64,000 nt of DNA from an uncultured Bacilli bacterium (lineage in GTDB: Bacteria > Bacillota_I > Bacilli_A > RF39 > UBA660): the NCBI GenBank assembly GCA_934122395.1, contig CAKOWQ010000003.1, forward strand, positions 186,299-250,298, in the 5' to 3' direction. The position numbers and the translations under genes were made by a program. The notes under the pieces are model-generated. The model was not told the origin of the DNA and ran no database searches. It worked only from the letters and a program-made list of their open reading frames with translations. Positions 44,552-55,376 of the stretch are shown piece by piece. Each line of letters starts with the position of its first letter. Positions within the stretch are counted from its first letter, which is position 1.

Positions 44552-45913
44552 TTAGTTATTTTCTCTAACTAATTTTTTAAAAGCATTACCTTTTTCTTCA
44601 AAATTTTTAAAATATTCATAGCTGGCAGCAGCTGGTGACATTAAGCATATCATGCCTTTCTTAGTAACTAGTTTTGCCTTATCAACAGCTTCTTCCAACG
44701 TATCAACTAAGTAAATATTTTTGTTTGCTTTGGCATTGATTAAGATATTGGCAATTTTATGACCGGTACTAGGCATACATATTAAATTCTCAATGTCTGC
44801 TGTTTTTAAGTAATCAATAAATTCATTATAATTTATTCCACGATCAAGTCCCCCAAATATTAAAGTATTTACTTTTTTTAGTGCTTTAATTCCATTAACA
44901 GTTGCATCAGGTATTGTTGCTATAGCATCATTATAGTAAGTTACATCATTAAATGTTCCAACTAATTCTAATCGGTGTTCTAAAGGGGTAAAGTTGTTAA
45001 TAGCAGTTGTTGTTTTTGATAAGTCTAAATTTAATATTTCACTTAGGGTAAAGCACATCATAATATTGATTAAATTATGATCCCCAATAAGGTTTCTTTC
45101 TTCTTTTACATCATATATCTTTTTACTATTAACATAGATGAATTTATGATCACAATATGTTTCTATATCTTTAGTATCAAAATTAACCCTAAAAATATTG
45201 GAACATGGGTTTAATTTTTTTATTCGTGTATCTAATGCTTCACATCCATTATAGTATATCAATACGTCATCGCTAGTTTGATATCTTGTAATATTAAGTT
45301 TAGCGTGATAATAATCTTCTAATCCGTTAGTGTGATCTAAGTGATCTTCATAAAAATTTGTAATAAGAGAAATATGAGGAGAATTAGTTATAAACTCTAA
45401 TTGATGTGATGACATTTCTACTACTAGTAATGTATCACTTTCAATTTTATCAATATAATCGAAAATAGGCGTTCCTATATTTCCAAGTAAAAAACATTTC
45501 TTATTATTAGCTTTTAATATTTCATAAATTAATGATGAGGTAGTACTTTTTCCTTTAGTACCAGTAATACCTATAATATTTTTTCTGAAGTATTTTATCA
45601 ATATTTCAAGTTCAGATGAGATTTTATTTTTAATTTTTGATGTATCAATATCTCTAAAAGATATTCCTGGTGCTTTCATAATCAAGTCATATTCGTCTAG
45701 ATTGTCTAGATAATTTTCACCAGTTATAATAGTTGCATTCTTATCATCTTTTAATAATGATTCGTCTTTTATTTTGTCGTTTTTATCTTTTATTGTTAGA
45801 TTAATGTTTCCCAAATATTTTCTTATAAAAGAATAGGTTGATTTTCCCTCTTTACCAAATCCTAAAATAACTATTTTTTTATCTTTAAATTCATTAATTA
45901 TATCATTAATCAT
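44552..45913 (-). CDS. murD: UDP-N-acetylmuramoyl-L-alanine--glutamate ligase (MurD family), located outside the dcw cluster
   Basis: Rossmann VILGFGKEGKS, P-loop ITGTKGKSTTS, Mur ligase middle and C-terminal domains; ATG abuts the upstream stop. Confidence 0.85.
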   Translation of the reverse strand: MINDIINEFKDKKIVILGFGKEGKSTYSFIRKYLGNINLTIKDKNDKIKDESLLKDDKNATIITGENYLDNLDEYDLIMKAPGISFRDIDTSKIKNKISSELEILIKYFRKNIIGITGTKGKSTTSSLIYEILKANNKKCFLLGNIGTPIFDYIDKIESDTLLVVEMSSHQLEFITNSPHISLITNFYEDHLDHTNGLEDYYHAKLNITRYQTSDDVLIYYNGCEALDTRIKKLNPCSNIFRVNFDTKDIETYCDHKFIYVNSKKIYDVKEERNLIGDHNLINIMMCFTLSEILNLDLSKTTTAINNFTPLEHRLELVGTFNDVTYYNDAIATIPDATVNGIKALKKVNTLIFGGLDRGINYNEFIDYLKTADIENLICMPSTGHKIANILINAKANKNIYLVDTLEEAVDKAKLVTKKGMICLMSPAAASYEYFKNFEEKGNAFKKLVRENN

Positions 45914-47278
45914 TTAAATCATCTCCTTGTGTAATAGGTCAATATACTTAGTAGGAATATTATTTTCTATATTAAAGTGTTCTTCTAAATTATTGGTATA
46001 GAGTTTATAGTTATCTTTATAAAACTTTAATAAATAAGGAAGCTTTTCGCTTTTTTCTTCTAATCTAAGAATTGTCTTACTACAAGCAAATCTTACCTCA
46101 TCATATGTTCCTACACATTCAAATGGTTTATTTTTAGCATCTCCTAAGAGTTCTTTAAATGTTTCTAACATATCTTCTTTGTCTAATAAATTAGTTGAAA
46201 ATATATTTTGTAACGTATTAGTATCAATATATGGGCTTAGTATAATATATATAAATAAACACTTAGAACAATTACAACACCAGTTAGTTCCCGTTTTTTT
46301 ACTACTTAAATTACAACTTCTAAAAATGTTATAGTATTTAGGATATTTACTAAATATTTTTGCTATTTCAATTTCTAAAAGAGGTCTTAACAAACTAAAG
46401 TATTCTGTTTCTTTATTGAAATATTTATTGGTATAAATTCTAAAATCATTTTCAAATTCTAAGCTTTTAGAGTATTGATGGTTAACATTTGTTCCTTTGA
46501 CATTTCCTTCATTACTACTGTCTTCATTTGATACAATAATATATTTTTTGTTATTAAGATAAGCCATTATATATGCTGCAAAAGCTAATTGTGATGATAA
46601 TGGAACATGGCCATTTAAAAATCCTTCTTTATTTAGTTTAAGTAGGGTACTATCAATTTCAGATGTCAATATAACGATATCATCATCAGTATATCCTGCT
46701 TGATATATGGAATTATATGATGGCATGTTTTTTGGATAAATATTTCTTTCAAAAAGGAAACATAAATTATCATCTTTTTCTTCTTTTAAAATCTCCATTG
46801 AGACAATAGAATCTTTTCCACCACCAACTAGTATTAAATTGCCGCTAGGATTTAATTTAGGTATATTATGTTCTTTTTTATTACTCTTAACTATAAAGTT
46901 AGTAAACTCATCATAAGATAGGTCAATTTCATTACGATAAAAATATTCGCTTAATCCATTAAAGATCAATTTTTTAAAGAAAGATATTTGATCTTCATTT
47001 ATGTAATCTGCCTCGATAATAATTTCCTTTGGACAACTTAATTTGAAGTAATTAATAATATTTACTAATCCAAAATTAAAGAATAAATAATTTAAATAGT
47101 CTTCATCAATATCTTTGGTCTTAATATGTTCTTTATCAATATAAATACTAGGAGTAAAAGTATATTCACCAAGCATATATGTATATTTTACTTGGATGTT
47201 GGTATCATTATTTATAACTTCGTAACTTTTATATATTAACTTATTATATTTTTCTCTTAGTTCTTTGTAATTTGTCAT
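45914..47278 (-). CDS. PP-loop ATP-pyrophosphatase-like protein, candidate MurL-type partner of MurD
   Basis: LILVGGGKDSIVS (SGGxDS-like PP-loop), C-terminal Cys cluster WCCNCSKC; translationally coupled to murD; SD AGGAGG. Confidence 0.4.
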   Translation of the reverse strand: MTNYKELREKYNKLIYKSYEVINNDTNIQVKYTYMLGEYTFTPSIYIDKEHIKTKDIDEDYLNYLFFNFGLVNIINYFKLSCPKEIIIEADYINEDQISFFKKLIFNGLSEYFYRNEIDLSYDEFTNFIVKSNKKEHNIPKLNPSGNLILVGGGKDSIVSMEILKEEKDDNLCFLFERNIYPKNMPSYNSIYQAGYTDDDIVILTSEIDSTLLKLNKEGFLNGHVPLSSQLAFAAYIMAYLNNKKYIIVSNEDSSNEGNVKGTNVNHQYSKSLEFENDFRIYTNKYFNKETEYFSLLRPLLEIEIAKIFSKYPKYYNIFRSCNLSSKKTGTNWCCNCSKCLFIYIILSPYIDTNTLQNIFSTNLLDKEDMLETFKELLGDAKNKPFECVGTYDEVRFACSKTILRLEEKSEKLPYLLKFYKDNYKLYTNNLEEHFNIENNIPTKYIDLLHKEMI

Positions 47279-47410
47279 AATTCCTCCTAATAAAAGGTAT
47301 TCATTTATATATCTAATTATATCACGAATGTAAACTTATATTAACTGAAATGACAAATAGTTGACATATTATTTAAAATGATAGTAAAATAATCTTATGA
47401 TAAGGGGTCG

Positions 47411-47917
47411 ATGAACATGGGTGATAAGAATACCAAAAATGTAGTAATTGTTATGTTGCTTACCATTATTGTGGTAATGGTAACAGCTGTAGTGGTTTTA
47501 GCTCATAACAATGATATTTATAAACCAAAGCCAGAACATGGTAGATGGAATGTAGTATTTACAAGTATTGCTGAAGGTGAAAAAACTGGTAATGCTAAGA
47601 GCTTGTACTATCCTTATTACACAGCAACTTATGCTTCATTTTATGCAACTTTTGTAGCACCTGGTGACTCAATAGAGTATGATGTTCAAATATCTAATTT
47701 AGGGAATATTGATTCTAGATTAAGTAATATTGTCTATGTGACTAACCCGTATAAGGATGCTATCAAATATGAGATCGAAGGCATTAATAGAGGCGATATA
47801 TTAAAGGCGGGAGAAGTACGCAATATTAAAATAAAAATATCCTATGAGTTAACATCTACTGTAGCATATACTTTTGATAAGCCTATAGCTATATTATTTG
47901 ATTTTGTCCAAGCTTAG
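47411..47917 (+). CDS. Membrane-anchored protein with Ig-like module paralogous to the N-terminus of the 59857 gene product
   Basis: N-terminal TM; W-x-V-x-F..I, PGD-x-x-x-[FY]-x-V-x-x-x-N-x-G shared with the 59857 protein; the start could instead be ATG 47417. Confidence 0.6.
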   Translation: MNMGDKNTKNVVIVMLLTIIVVMVTAVVVLAHNNDIYKPKPEHGRWNVVFTSIAEGEKTGNAKSLYYPYYTATYASFYATFVAPGDSIEYDVQISNLGNIDSRLSNIVYVTNPYKDAIKYEIEGINRGDILKAGEVRNIKIKISYELTSTVAYTFDKPIAILFDFVQA

Positions 47918-47943
47918 ACAACCAGATGGTTGTCTTTTTTTAT
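47916..47943 (+). terminator. Intrinsic terminator
   Basis: AGACAACC-AGAT-GGTTGTCT followed by a T-run. Confidence 0.8.
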
Positions 47944-48146
47944 GATTTTTATTGACAGTTTTTTACCTGATTATAAGATATTATAAAATAGTGAAAAGTA
48001 GTGTCTAGTTTTGAAAAAATATTTCTTAAGTCTTTTGAATTGGTAGAATAATATTGTATACTGATATAGTGATAAAGTTTGAAGTGCAATAAATATGATA
48101 GCAAAAAATAAACTATATGTTATAAAAACCAATTAATGCATTAAAA

Positions 48147-48181
48147 AAGATTAAACTATTAAATGTTGATAGTTTAATCTT
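48147..48181 (-). terminator. Terminator of the lipoprotein gene (palindromic, with T-rich sequence on both sides)
   Basis: AAGATTAAACTAT ... ATAGTTTAATCTT, 13-bp stem. Confidence 0.75.
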
Positions 48182-48186
48182 TCTTT

Positions 48187-48648
48187 TTATTTACAAGTAT
48201 ACATTTCTCCTTCTTCATAATCTTTTGCAATACTTTCTTTAGTCATTGTACTAGCTTCTTCTTTGTTGTTTTCATGATTTAAATCAGCTTCTTTACTTAC
48301 AGTAAGTACATTGTCTTTTACTGATGCTTTACAATTGATATATCCATATTCTTTACCGTTTTCACAACCTTCTAGATATTTACTTTTTTCTTCGTTCATA
48401 TCTACATCTTTAGTATAAGTATAAGTTGCAATTTCATAGTATCCTAGTAATTTGTCTCCTTCTTTGTTAAAGTCATAAATTTTAGTTATTGTAACTTCAC
48501 CATTACCATTATACATTTTTTCTGTTCTTGTACATTCAAACTTATTAGTATAATCTTTCTTTATAATATCTTCATCTTTTGTTAGCTCTTTACCACCACA
48601 TCCAGTTAGTAGTAGAGCTACACCCATTAATAATAAACCTTTTTTCAT
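48187..48648 (-). CDS. Lipoprotein, unknown function
   Basis: Lipobox LLLTGC in MKKGLLLMGVALLLTGCGG. Confidence 0.75.
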   Translation of the reverse strand: MKKGLLLMGVALLLTGCGGKELTKDEDIIKKDYTNKFECTRTEKMYNGNGEVTITKIYDFNKEGDKLLGYYEIATYTYTKDVDMNEEKSKYLEGCENGKEYGYINCKASVKDNVLTVSKEADLNHENNKEEASTMTKESIAKDYEEGEMYTCK

Positions 48649-48763
48649 TATATTCTCCTTATATTTATTTAACTAAATTATATTATTATTAATGCATTTT
48701 TACAAGGAAATGTTGAATACAAAAATGATTTTTAGTATAATAGTGATCAGTTTGGAGGTATAT

Positions 48764-50488
48764 ATGAATAATCAAAATATTTTCAATGAAATAAGAGAAA
48801 AAATTGATATAGTTGATTTAATCGGTGAATATGTACCTCTTGTTCAAAAAGGTCGTAATTACTTTGGAGTGTGTCCATTTCATAATGATACTAATCCATC
48901 AATGAGTGTTTCTCGTGAAAAACAAATATACAAGTGCTTTTCTTGTGGTGCTAGTGGTAATATCTTTACGTTTGTAAAAGATTATGAACATGTAGATATG
49001 AGAGATGCTTTAGAGATACTTGCAAATAAAGCAGGAGTAACACTAAGGAACAATAATATAGCTAGAAAAACTACTAAATATGATAAATTTTATGAAATAT
49101 ATGACCTTGCTAATAAGTTTTATCAAAATAATATAAATACTAAGGAAGGTATTAATGCTAAAGAGTATTTAAAAAATAGAAATATTAATGAAGATATTAT
49201 TAAAGAATTTGAAATAGGTCTATCTCTTGATAGTATGGATTCACTTACTAAATTATTAACTAAAAAGGGATATGATGACTTAACTTTAGATAAACTAGGA
49301 CTTTCTAGTAATAATCATGACTTATTTATTAATCGAATAATGGTTCCTATCCAAGATATGAATGGTAGAGTAGTAGCGTTTTCTGGACGTGTTTATAATA
49401 AGAAGAGTGACCATAAATATGTAAATACTAAAGAAACTGAAATATTTAAAAAAGGTACTATCCTTTATAATTATCATAGAGCTAAGGAAGAAGCACGTCG
49501 TAATAAATATGTAATTATAATGGAAGGCTATATGGACGTATTTAGAGCATCATCGGTGGGATTTAAAAACGTTGTAGCAATAATGGGAACAGCTTTAACG
49601 ATAGATCAAACTAATTTGGTTAAAAAATTATCTAATAATGTCTATTTATGTTTAGATGGTGATAATCCCGGCCAAAAGGCTATGTTATCAGTTGGTGCTG
49701 AGCTTGAAAAAGCAGGAGTTAATGTAAAAATAGTACTTCTTACGAATGATGAGGATCCTGATACATATATATTAAAGTATGGAAAAGAAAAATTTAGTAA
49801 TTTAATTGATAGTGCTATTAGTTTCAGTGACTTTAAGTTACAAGCATTAAAAAAGGGGGTTAACTTTAATAGTGATTTGGAATTATCACATTATGTTAAC
49901 TCTGTAATTAAGGAAGCTAGTTTAATTGATGACGAGATAAGAAGGGAAATAATACTAAAAAAACTTGCATTAGAAGTGAATTTGAGTTATAATACCCTAG
50001 AAAAAAGGTTGAATGAGTATTTAGAAAAAAGAAAGCCAAAAGATGTAATCATAAAAGAAGTTGTGCCAACTAATAAATTATCTAGATATGATAAAGCAGT
50101 TTATGGAATGATTTATGCTACTTTGATGGATAAGAAATATTTAAAAAGATTTGAAGATGAATCACTATATTTTGTTAATCAAAAAGCTAGATACTTATTG
50201 ATGGAAATTGAATATTATTATAAGAAATTTGGTAACATACAAATAGCGGACTTTTATACTTATTTAATGGACAAAGAAGAACTCTTAGAACTATATAATA
50301 ATATTATTAACTATGTTGATAGTAATAGTATTAGCGATGAAGCAGTTACTGATTTTATGAATGTCATTAGGTCATATAATATGAGGCTAGAGATTAAACG
50401 CCTAACTGATAAATTGAGAAACGAGACGGATGAGTTGGAAAAATCAAAAATTGCTGAGGAGATTAGGTTACTAAGAATAGGGGAGTGA
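48764..50488 (+). CDS. dnaG: DNA primase
   Basis: Zinc finger [23 protein letters not shown], Toprim EGYMDV; start at ATG 48764 after GGAGG. Confidence 0.95.
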   Translation: MNNQNIFNEIREKIDIVDLIGEYVPLVQKGRNYFGVCPFHNDTNPSMSVSREKQIYKCFSCGASGNIFTFVKDYEHVDMRDALEILANKAGVTLRNNNIARKTTKYDKFYEIYDLANKFYQNNINTKEGINAKEYLKNRNINEDIIKEFEIGLSLDSMDSLTKLLTKKGYDDLTLDKLGLSSNNHDLFINRIMVPIQDMNGRVVAFSGRVYNKKSDHKYVNTKETEIFKKGTILYNYHRAKEEARRNKYVIIMEGYMDVFRASSVGFKNVVAIMGTALTIDQTNLVKKLSNNVYLCLDGDNPGQKAMLSVGAELEKAGVNVKIVLLTNDEDPDTYILKYGKEKFSNLIDSAISFSDFKLQALKKGVNFNSDLELSHYVNSVIKEASLIDDEIRREIILKKLALEVNLSYNTLEKRLNEYLEKRKPKDVIIKEVVPTNKLSRYDKAVYGMIYATLMDKKYLKRFEDESLYFVNQKARYLLMEIEYYYKKFGNIQIADFYTYLMDKEELLELYNNIINYVDSNSISDEAVTDFMNVIRSYNMRLEIKRLTDKLRNETDELEKSKIAEEIRLLRIGE

Positions 50489-51582
50489 ATACAGTGGTCG
50501 GAGAAATAAAAACAATAGAAGATAGAAAAAAATCTTTATTAAAGTTTGGAAAAGAAAACGGATATGTCACTTATGAAAAATTAGCAGAAGAATTAAAAGG
50601 ATTAGATGTTGATAGTGATACACTAGATGATATCTATAATATGTTAGTAGAAAATAATATTGAGATTATGTCTGATACAACAGATAATAGTGAAGAAGAT
50701 GAAGATCCTTCTAATTTAGTAGTAGAAGATTTGACCTTAACTAAAGATATTAAAATTAATGATCCAGTACGTATGTACTTAAAAGAAATCGGTCGTATTA
50801 ACTTACTTACAACTGATGAGGAATTTGAATATGCTCGTCTTGCTGAACAAGGCGATGAATACGCTAAAAAGATGCTAGCAGAATCTAACTTACGTTTAGT
50901 AGTATCTATTGCTAAAAGGTATGTAGGTCGTGGTATGTTATTTTTAGACTTGATTCAAGAAGGTAATATTGGACTTATGAAAGCTGTAGATAAATATGAT
51001 CCTGATAAAGGATTCAAGTTTTCTACTTATGCAACATGGTGGATACGTCAAGCAATAACAAGAGCTATAGCAGACCAAGCAAGAACAATACGTGTTCCTG
51101 TTCATATGGTTGAAACTATTAATAAACTTGCAAGGGCACAACGTCAATTAACTCAAGAATTGAATCGTGAACCAACCGAAGAAGAACTTGCAAAAAAATT
51201 AAATATAACAGTAGATAAAGTAAGAGAAGTATATAAAATATCTCAAGATCCTGTATCTCTTGAAACACCTATTGGTGAAGAGGATGATTCTCATTTAGGA
51301 GATTTCATTAAGGATGAGAGAACAATGTCTCCAGAAGAGTATGCAACTGTAGAAATGTTAAAAGAAGAATTAGCAAATGTTTTATTAACTTTAACAGATA
51401 GAGAAGAAAAAGTATTACGTCTTCGTTTTGGACTTGATGATGGACAATGCAGAACACTTGAAGAAGTTGGACAGATTTTTGGTGTAACTAGAGAAAGAAT
51501 TCGTCAAATTGAAGCTAAAGCGCTAAGAAAATTAAGACATCCATCAAGATCTAGAAAATTAAAAGACTTCTTAATAGATTAA
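50485..51582 (+). CDS. sigA: Primary sigma factor SigA/RpoD
   Basis: [64 protein letters not shown]; the start may be GTG 50494 (GGGGAG 9 nt upstream). Confidence 0.95.
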   Translation: MNTVVGEIKTIEDRKKSLLKFGKENGYVTYEKLAEELKGLDVDSDTLDDIYNMLVENNIEIMSDTTDNSEEDEDPSNLVVEDLTLTKDIKINDPVRMYLKEIGRINLLTTDEEFEYARLAEQGDEYAKKMLAESNLRLVVSIAKRYVGRGMLFLDLIQEGNIGLMKAVDKYDPDKGFKFSTYATWWIRQAITRAIADQARTIRVPVHMVETINKLARAQRQLTQELNREPTEEELAKKLNITVDKVREVYKISQDPVSLETPIGEEDDSHLGDFIKDERTMSPEEYATVEMLKEELANVLLTLTDREEKVLRLRFGLDDGQCRTLEEVGQIFGVTRERIRQIEAKALRKLRHPSRSRKLKDFLID

Positions 51583-52244
51583 TGAAATTAAGTAAAAGAC
51601 TTATATCTATAAGTAATTTTATAGATGATAATAGTAAAGTAATAGATGTCGGGTGTGATCATGCACTTTTAGACATCTATTTATTTAAGAATAAAAAAAA
51701 CATTTCGCTAATAGCATCGGATGTTAGAAGTGGTCCTTTAAAACAAGCTAAACGTAATATTGATAAGTATAATTGTGATATTAAAGTAAAATTAGGATAT
51801 GGCATTTCTACTATTGAAAGTGATGTTGATACTGTAGTTATTGCTGGTATGGGTGGAGATACTATTGTTGATATCTTAAATAATGATAGTAATTTATTAG
51901 TTAATGTAGAAAAAATGGTTCTTTCTCCTCAAAGTGAATGGATGAAAGTTAGAAAAGTTATTTCTTCTTTAGGTTTTTATATTAGTAATGAAATACTAGT
52001 TGAAGATGGTACTAAGTATTATTTAATAATTGAAGCTAAAAAGGGGTATAAGGATTATAATGATTTAGAATTAGAATATGGTCCTCTTCTATTAAAAAAT
52101 AAATCTTTAGAATTTTTATCTTACTACAAAAAAGTTTTAGCTGAAGAGAAAAAGGTATTAGAAAAGATTCCTAAAGAAAAAATAGAAGAATATAAGAATA
52201 AAGAAAAAGAAATAAATATATTAAAAAACATGATTAATGAGTAA
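51582..52244 (+). CDS. trmK: tRNA (adenine22-N1)-methyltransferase TrmK-like
   Basis: LSKRL..IDVGCDHALLDIYL N-terminus; conserved position after sigA. Confidence 0.8.
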   Translation: MKLSKRLISISNFIDDNSKVIDVGCDHALLDIYLFKNKKNISLIASDVRSGPLKQAKRNIDKYNCDIKVKLGYGISTIESDVDTVVIAGMGGDTIVDILNNDSNLLVNVEKMVLSPQSEWMKVRKVISSLGFYISNEILVEDGTKYYLIIEAKKGYKDYNDLELEYGPLLLKNKSLEFLSYYKKVLAEEKKVLEKIPKEKIEEYKNKEKEINILKNMINE

Positions 52245-52304
52245 TAGTCATGCTTTTTTATTGAATAGAAAATAATTTAATGATATATTTTTATCGGTGA
52301 TATA

Positions 52305-52835
52305 ATGCAAGTAAAAAGAGTAGTTACTGGTGATTTATTAGAGAATTGTTATATTTTAATTAATAATAACAAATGCTTAGTAATTGATCCAGGAGATGAT
52401 TATTTTAAAATAAAAAAAGAGTTGGGCTCTTTAAAAATAGAAGGAGTTCTTTTAACGCATAAACATTTTGATCATATAGGGGCATTAAATGAATTGTTGC
52501 AAGACTATAATACTTTGGTTTATTCTAAAGATAATTTAAAAGAAGGTGTAATTAATATAGACTCTTTTAAATTTGAAGTTATATATACTCCTGGACATAC
52601 TATGGACTCTGTAACTTATTATTTTGAAAGTGATAAAACAATGTTTACTGGTGACTTTTTATTTAAGAATAACATTGGTAGATGTGATTTACCAACTGGG
52701 GATTTTGATATGATGAAGAAGTCTTTGTCTAAGATTAAAAAATATCCTTGTGATACAATTATTTATCCTGGACATAAAGAGAGTTCTACTTTAGATTATG
52801 AATTTAATAACAATTATTATTTATTTACGAACTAG
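52305..52835 (+). CDS. MBL-fold metallo-hydrolase
   Basis: THKHFDHIG (HxHxDH), TPGHT. Confidence 0.8.
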   Translation: MQVKRVVTGDLLENCYILINNNKCLVIDPGDDYFKIKKELGSLKIEGVLLTHKHFDHIGALNELLQDYNTLVYSKDNLKEGVINIDSFKFEVIYTPGHTMDSVTYYFESDKTMFTGDFLFKNNIGRCDLPTGDFDMMKKSLSKIKKYPCDTIIYPGHKESSTLDYEFNNNYYLFTN

Positions 52836-52878
52836 AAAAATTATGATATAGTTATCTATATGATAAAGAGGTGTTAAG

Positions 52879-53187
52879 ATGTATATTGATGTGATAGTAT
52901 TATTAGTTTTATTAGGTGTAGTTATATTCTTGTTTAGAAAGTTTTCTAGTTTTGTTTATGCTGTTGCAATAATAGATATATTTTTAAGAATTTTAACTTT
53001 TATTAGAGATAATAGTGTTCCGGAATTAAAAAGTTTAATTGGTAAATATTTTCCAGAGTCTATTGCAGGTATTATAGGACATTATTCTAGTGGAATATTT
53101 TATACATTATTAATGTGGGCATATGTAATAATATTTGCAATATTCTTAGGATATATAACTAAATACTTTATAAAGAAAAGAAAATAA
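52879..53187 (+). CDS. Small integral membrane protein (3 TM)
   Basis: Hydrophobic 102-aa ORF with SD AGAGGTG. Confidence 0.5.
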   Translation: MYIDVIVLLVLLGVVIFLFRKFSSFVYAVAIIDIFLRILTFIRDNSVPELKSLIGKYFPESIAGIIGHYSSGIFYTLLMWAYVIIFAIFLGYITKYFIKKRK

Positions 53188-53210
53188 TAGCAGTTGCTAT
53201 TATTTTTTTG
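53183..53210. terminator. Bidirectional hairpin between convergent genes
   Basis: AATAATAGCA/TGCTATTATT; T-run follows on the plus strand, and revcomp of upstream GAAAAGAAAA gives TTTTCTTTTC after the hairpin on the minus strand. Confidence 0.65.
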
Positions 53211-53682
53211 TACTTTTTTCTAAATATGGATTGTATAATCCGTAATAATCATCTCTTATCCATTTATAGCCACAGCTAGCGGCAGTTCTAATACTAGGTG
53301 TATTATCGTGAGCAATTTTTACTTTTATACATTCTATTTTATTATAATTTTGAAATAAATAATCACTTACATCTTCTAAAGTTCTTTTTCCATAATGTTG
53401 TCCTCTTAAATCTTTATCGATTGCAGCTCTTAAATATACACATTTTTCTTCAGTACTAAATTGACCTATTTCTACAAAGCCTACTAATGTATCTTCATCT
53501 GAAATGAAAAAACCTTTTCCTAGTATTCCATCTTCACTATCTTTTGTTAATTGAGGAAGCATTCCGTTAAATCTGTTAGTAATAGAAGTATCACTAACCA
53601 GTTTTTTTAAAAATAATAAATGCTTTTTATTTTCTTTATCAAATGTCCTTAAAGATAAAGTATTTAATTTTATATCTTCCAT
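53200..53682 (-). CDS. GNAT-family N-acetyltransferase (RimJ/RimL-like)
   Basis: RGQHYGKRTLEDV..IAHDNTPSIRTAASCGYKW. Confidence 0.75.
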   Translation of the reverse strand: MEDIKLNTLSLRTFDKENKKHLLFLKKLVSDTSITNRFNGMLPQLTKDSEDGILGKGFFISDEDTLVGFVEIGQFSTEEKCVYLRAAIDKDLRGQHYGKRTLEDVSDYLFQNYNKIECIKVKIAHDNTPSIRTAASCGYKWIRDDYYGLYNPYLEKSTKK

Positions 53683-53786
53683 AATATCACCACAAATATA
53701 TTAACATATTCTTTTATTAATATAAAGAATAATGTTATTGTACATTTGTTTGCAATGTGTTATAATCTTATGTGAGGGTGAAGAGA

Positions 53787-54344
53787 ATGTACGATTATAT
53801 TATAGGTAAAATTACAGGTGTTTATAGTACACACATAGTTCTTGAATGTTATGGGATAGGTTATGCTATTAATACTCCTAATCCTTATTCATTTCAAGAA
53901 GGTAATGAATATAAAGTTTATTTATATCAACAAGTAAAAGAAGACGAGTTATCATTATATGGATTTAAAACAGTAGAAGAAAAAGAAATGTTTTTAAAAC
54001 TTATTAGTGTTAAGGGATTAGGTCCTAAAATGACACTTCCTATTTTAGCAACAGGATCAGTTGCTGGTGTATGTGATGCTATAGAAAGAGAAAATCTATT
54101 GTATTTAAGAAAGTTTCCAAAAATTGGTGATAAACTTGCTAAACAAATAATTCTTGACTTAAAAGGTAAGCTAGGTAATGTATCAACATTAGAGTTAAAA
54201 GATAATAGTTATGAAGAATTAATTGAAGTATTAAAAGGCTTAGGTTATAAAGAAAAAGAATTTAAAGCTATTATACCTAAAGTTAATAGTGAATTATCAA
54301 TAGAAGAACAAGTAAAAGAGGCTTTAAAATTGTTACTTAAATAA
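53787..54344 (+). CDS. ruvA: Holliday junction helicase subunit RuvA
   Basis: MYDYIIGKI.., Hh[11 protein letters not shown]; start at ATG 53787. Confidence 0.9.
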   Translation: MYDYIIGKITGVYSTHIVLECYGIGYAINTPNPYSFQEGNEYKVYLYQQVKEDELSLYGFKTVEEKEMFLKLISVKGLGPKMTLPILATGSVAGVCDAIERENLLYLRKFPKIGDKLAKQIILDLKGKLGNVSTLELKDNSYEELIEVLKGLGYKEKEFKAIIPKVNSELSIEEQVKEALKLLLK

Positions 54345-54355
54345 GAGGTGATAGT

Positions 54356-55375
54356 ATGATTGAAAATAAAATATTAACTGGGGAAGAGCTTAAAGAAGAT
54401 GTATATGAAGAAAGTATTCGCCCTAGCTTATTTAAAGATTATATAGGACAAAGTGATGTCAAAGAAAATATTAAAGTTTTTGTAGAAGCTGCTAAAATGC
54501 GTGAGGAAAGTTTAGATCATGTTTTATTATATGGACCTCCTGGATTAGGTAAAACAACCCTTGCTTATATAATTGCTAATGAACTTGGTACCAATATTAA
54601 AACGGCCAGTGGACCTTCCATTGAAAAAGCAGGAGATTTAGCAGCAATATTATCTTCGCTTGAACCAGGGGACGTATTATTTATTGACGAAATACATAGA
54701 ATGCCATCATATATAGAAGAAATATTATATCCTGCTATGGAAGACTTTACACTAGATATTATAGTTGGTGGAGAAGGGAATAGTAGGAATATTAAAATTA
54801 ATCTACCGCCATTTACTTTAGTTGGAGCAACTACAAGAGCAGGCGATCTAACAAGCCCTTTAAGAGATCGTTTTGGGATTATTTCAAAACTTCAATATTA
54901 TACTGATGATGAACTATTTAGTATTATTAAAAGAACAGCTAAAGTTTTAGGAGTTGAAATAGAAGATGATGCAGCATTAGAACTTGCTAGTAGAAGTAGG
55001 GGAACTCCTAGAATTGCTAATAGACTTTTAAAACGTGTACGTGATTTTTCACTAGTAAAAGGTAACGGAGTTATTGACTTAGAAATTACTAAGATGGCTT
55101 TGGATAAGTTAAAAGTTGATAAGATTGGTCTTGATGAAACTGACTATTTACTACTTAAAACCATCGCATTAAAATTTAATGGAGGTCCAGTTGGAATTGA
55201 ATCCCTTGCTAGTATAATAGGTGAAGAAGTATCAACTCTTGAAGATGTTTGTGAACCATTCCTATTACAAAGAGGACTACTTAAGAGAACACCTAGAGGA
55301 AGAATGCTTACTGATTTAGGATATAAACATCTTAATATGAATAAACAAGGTACTTTGTTTGATTGGAGTGAATAA
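54356..55375 (+). CDS. ruvB: Holliday junction helicase RuvB
   Basis: Walker [10 protein letters not shown], Walker B LFIDEIHR, sensor [10 protein letters not shown]. Confidence 0.95.
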   Translation: MIENKILTGEELKEDVYEESIRPSLFKDYIGQSDVKENIKVFVEAAKMREESLDHVLLYGPPGLGKTTLAYIIANELGTNIKTASGPSIEKAGDLAAILSSLEPGDVLFIDEIHRMPSYIEEILYPAMEDFTLDIIVGGEGNSRNIKINLPPFTLVGATTRAGDLTSPLRDRFGIISKLQYYTDDELFSIIKRTAKVLGVEIEDDAALELASRSRGTPRIANRLLKRVRDFSLVKGNGVIDLEITKMALDKLKVDKIGLDETDYLLLKTIALKFNGGPVGIESLASIIGEEVSTLEDVCEPFLLQRGLLKRTPRGRMLTDLGYKHLNMNKQGTLFDWSE

Positions 55376-55376
55376 A

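Noticed and set aside
47952-48146. Possible sRNA in the 240-nt gap between the 47411 gene and the lipoprotein gene (orphan TTGACA at 47952 and a terminal hairpin at 48147-48181)
   Set aside because: No acceptable -10 box lies at 16-18 nt from the TTGACA. The hairpin is fully explained as the terminator of the minus-strand lipoprotein gene.
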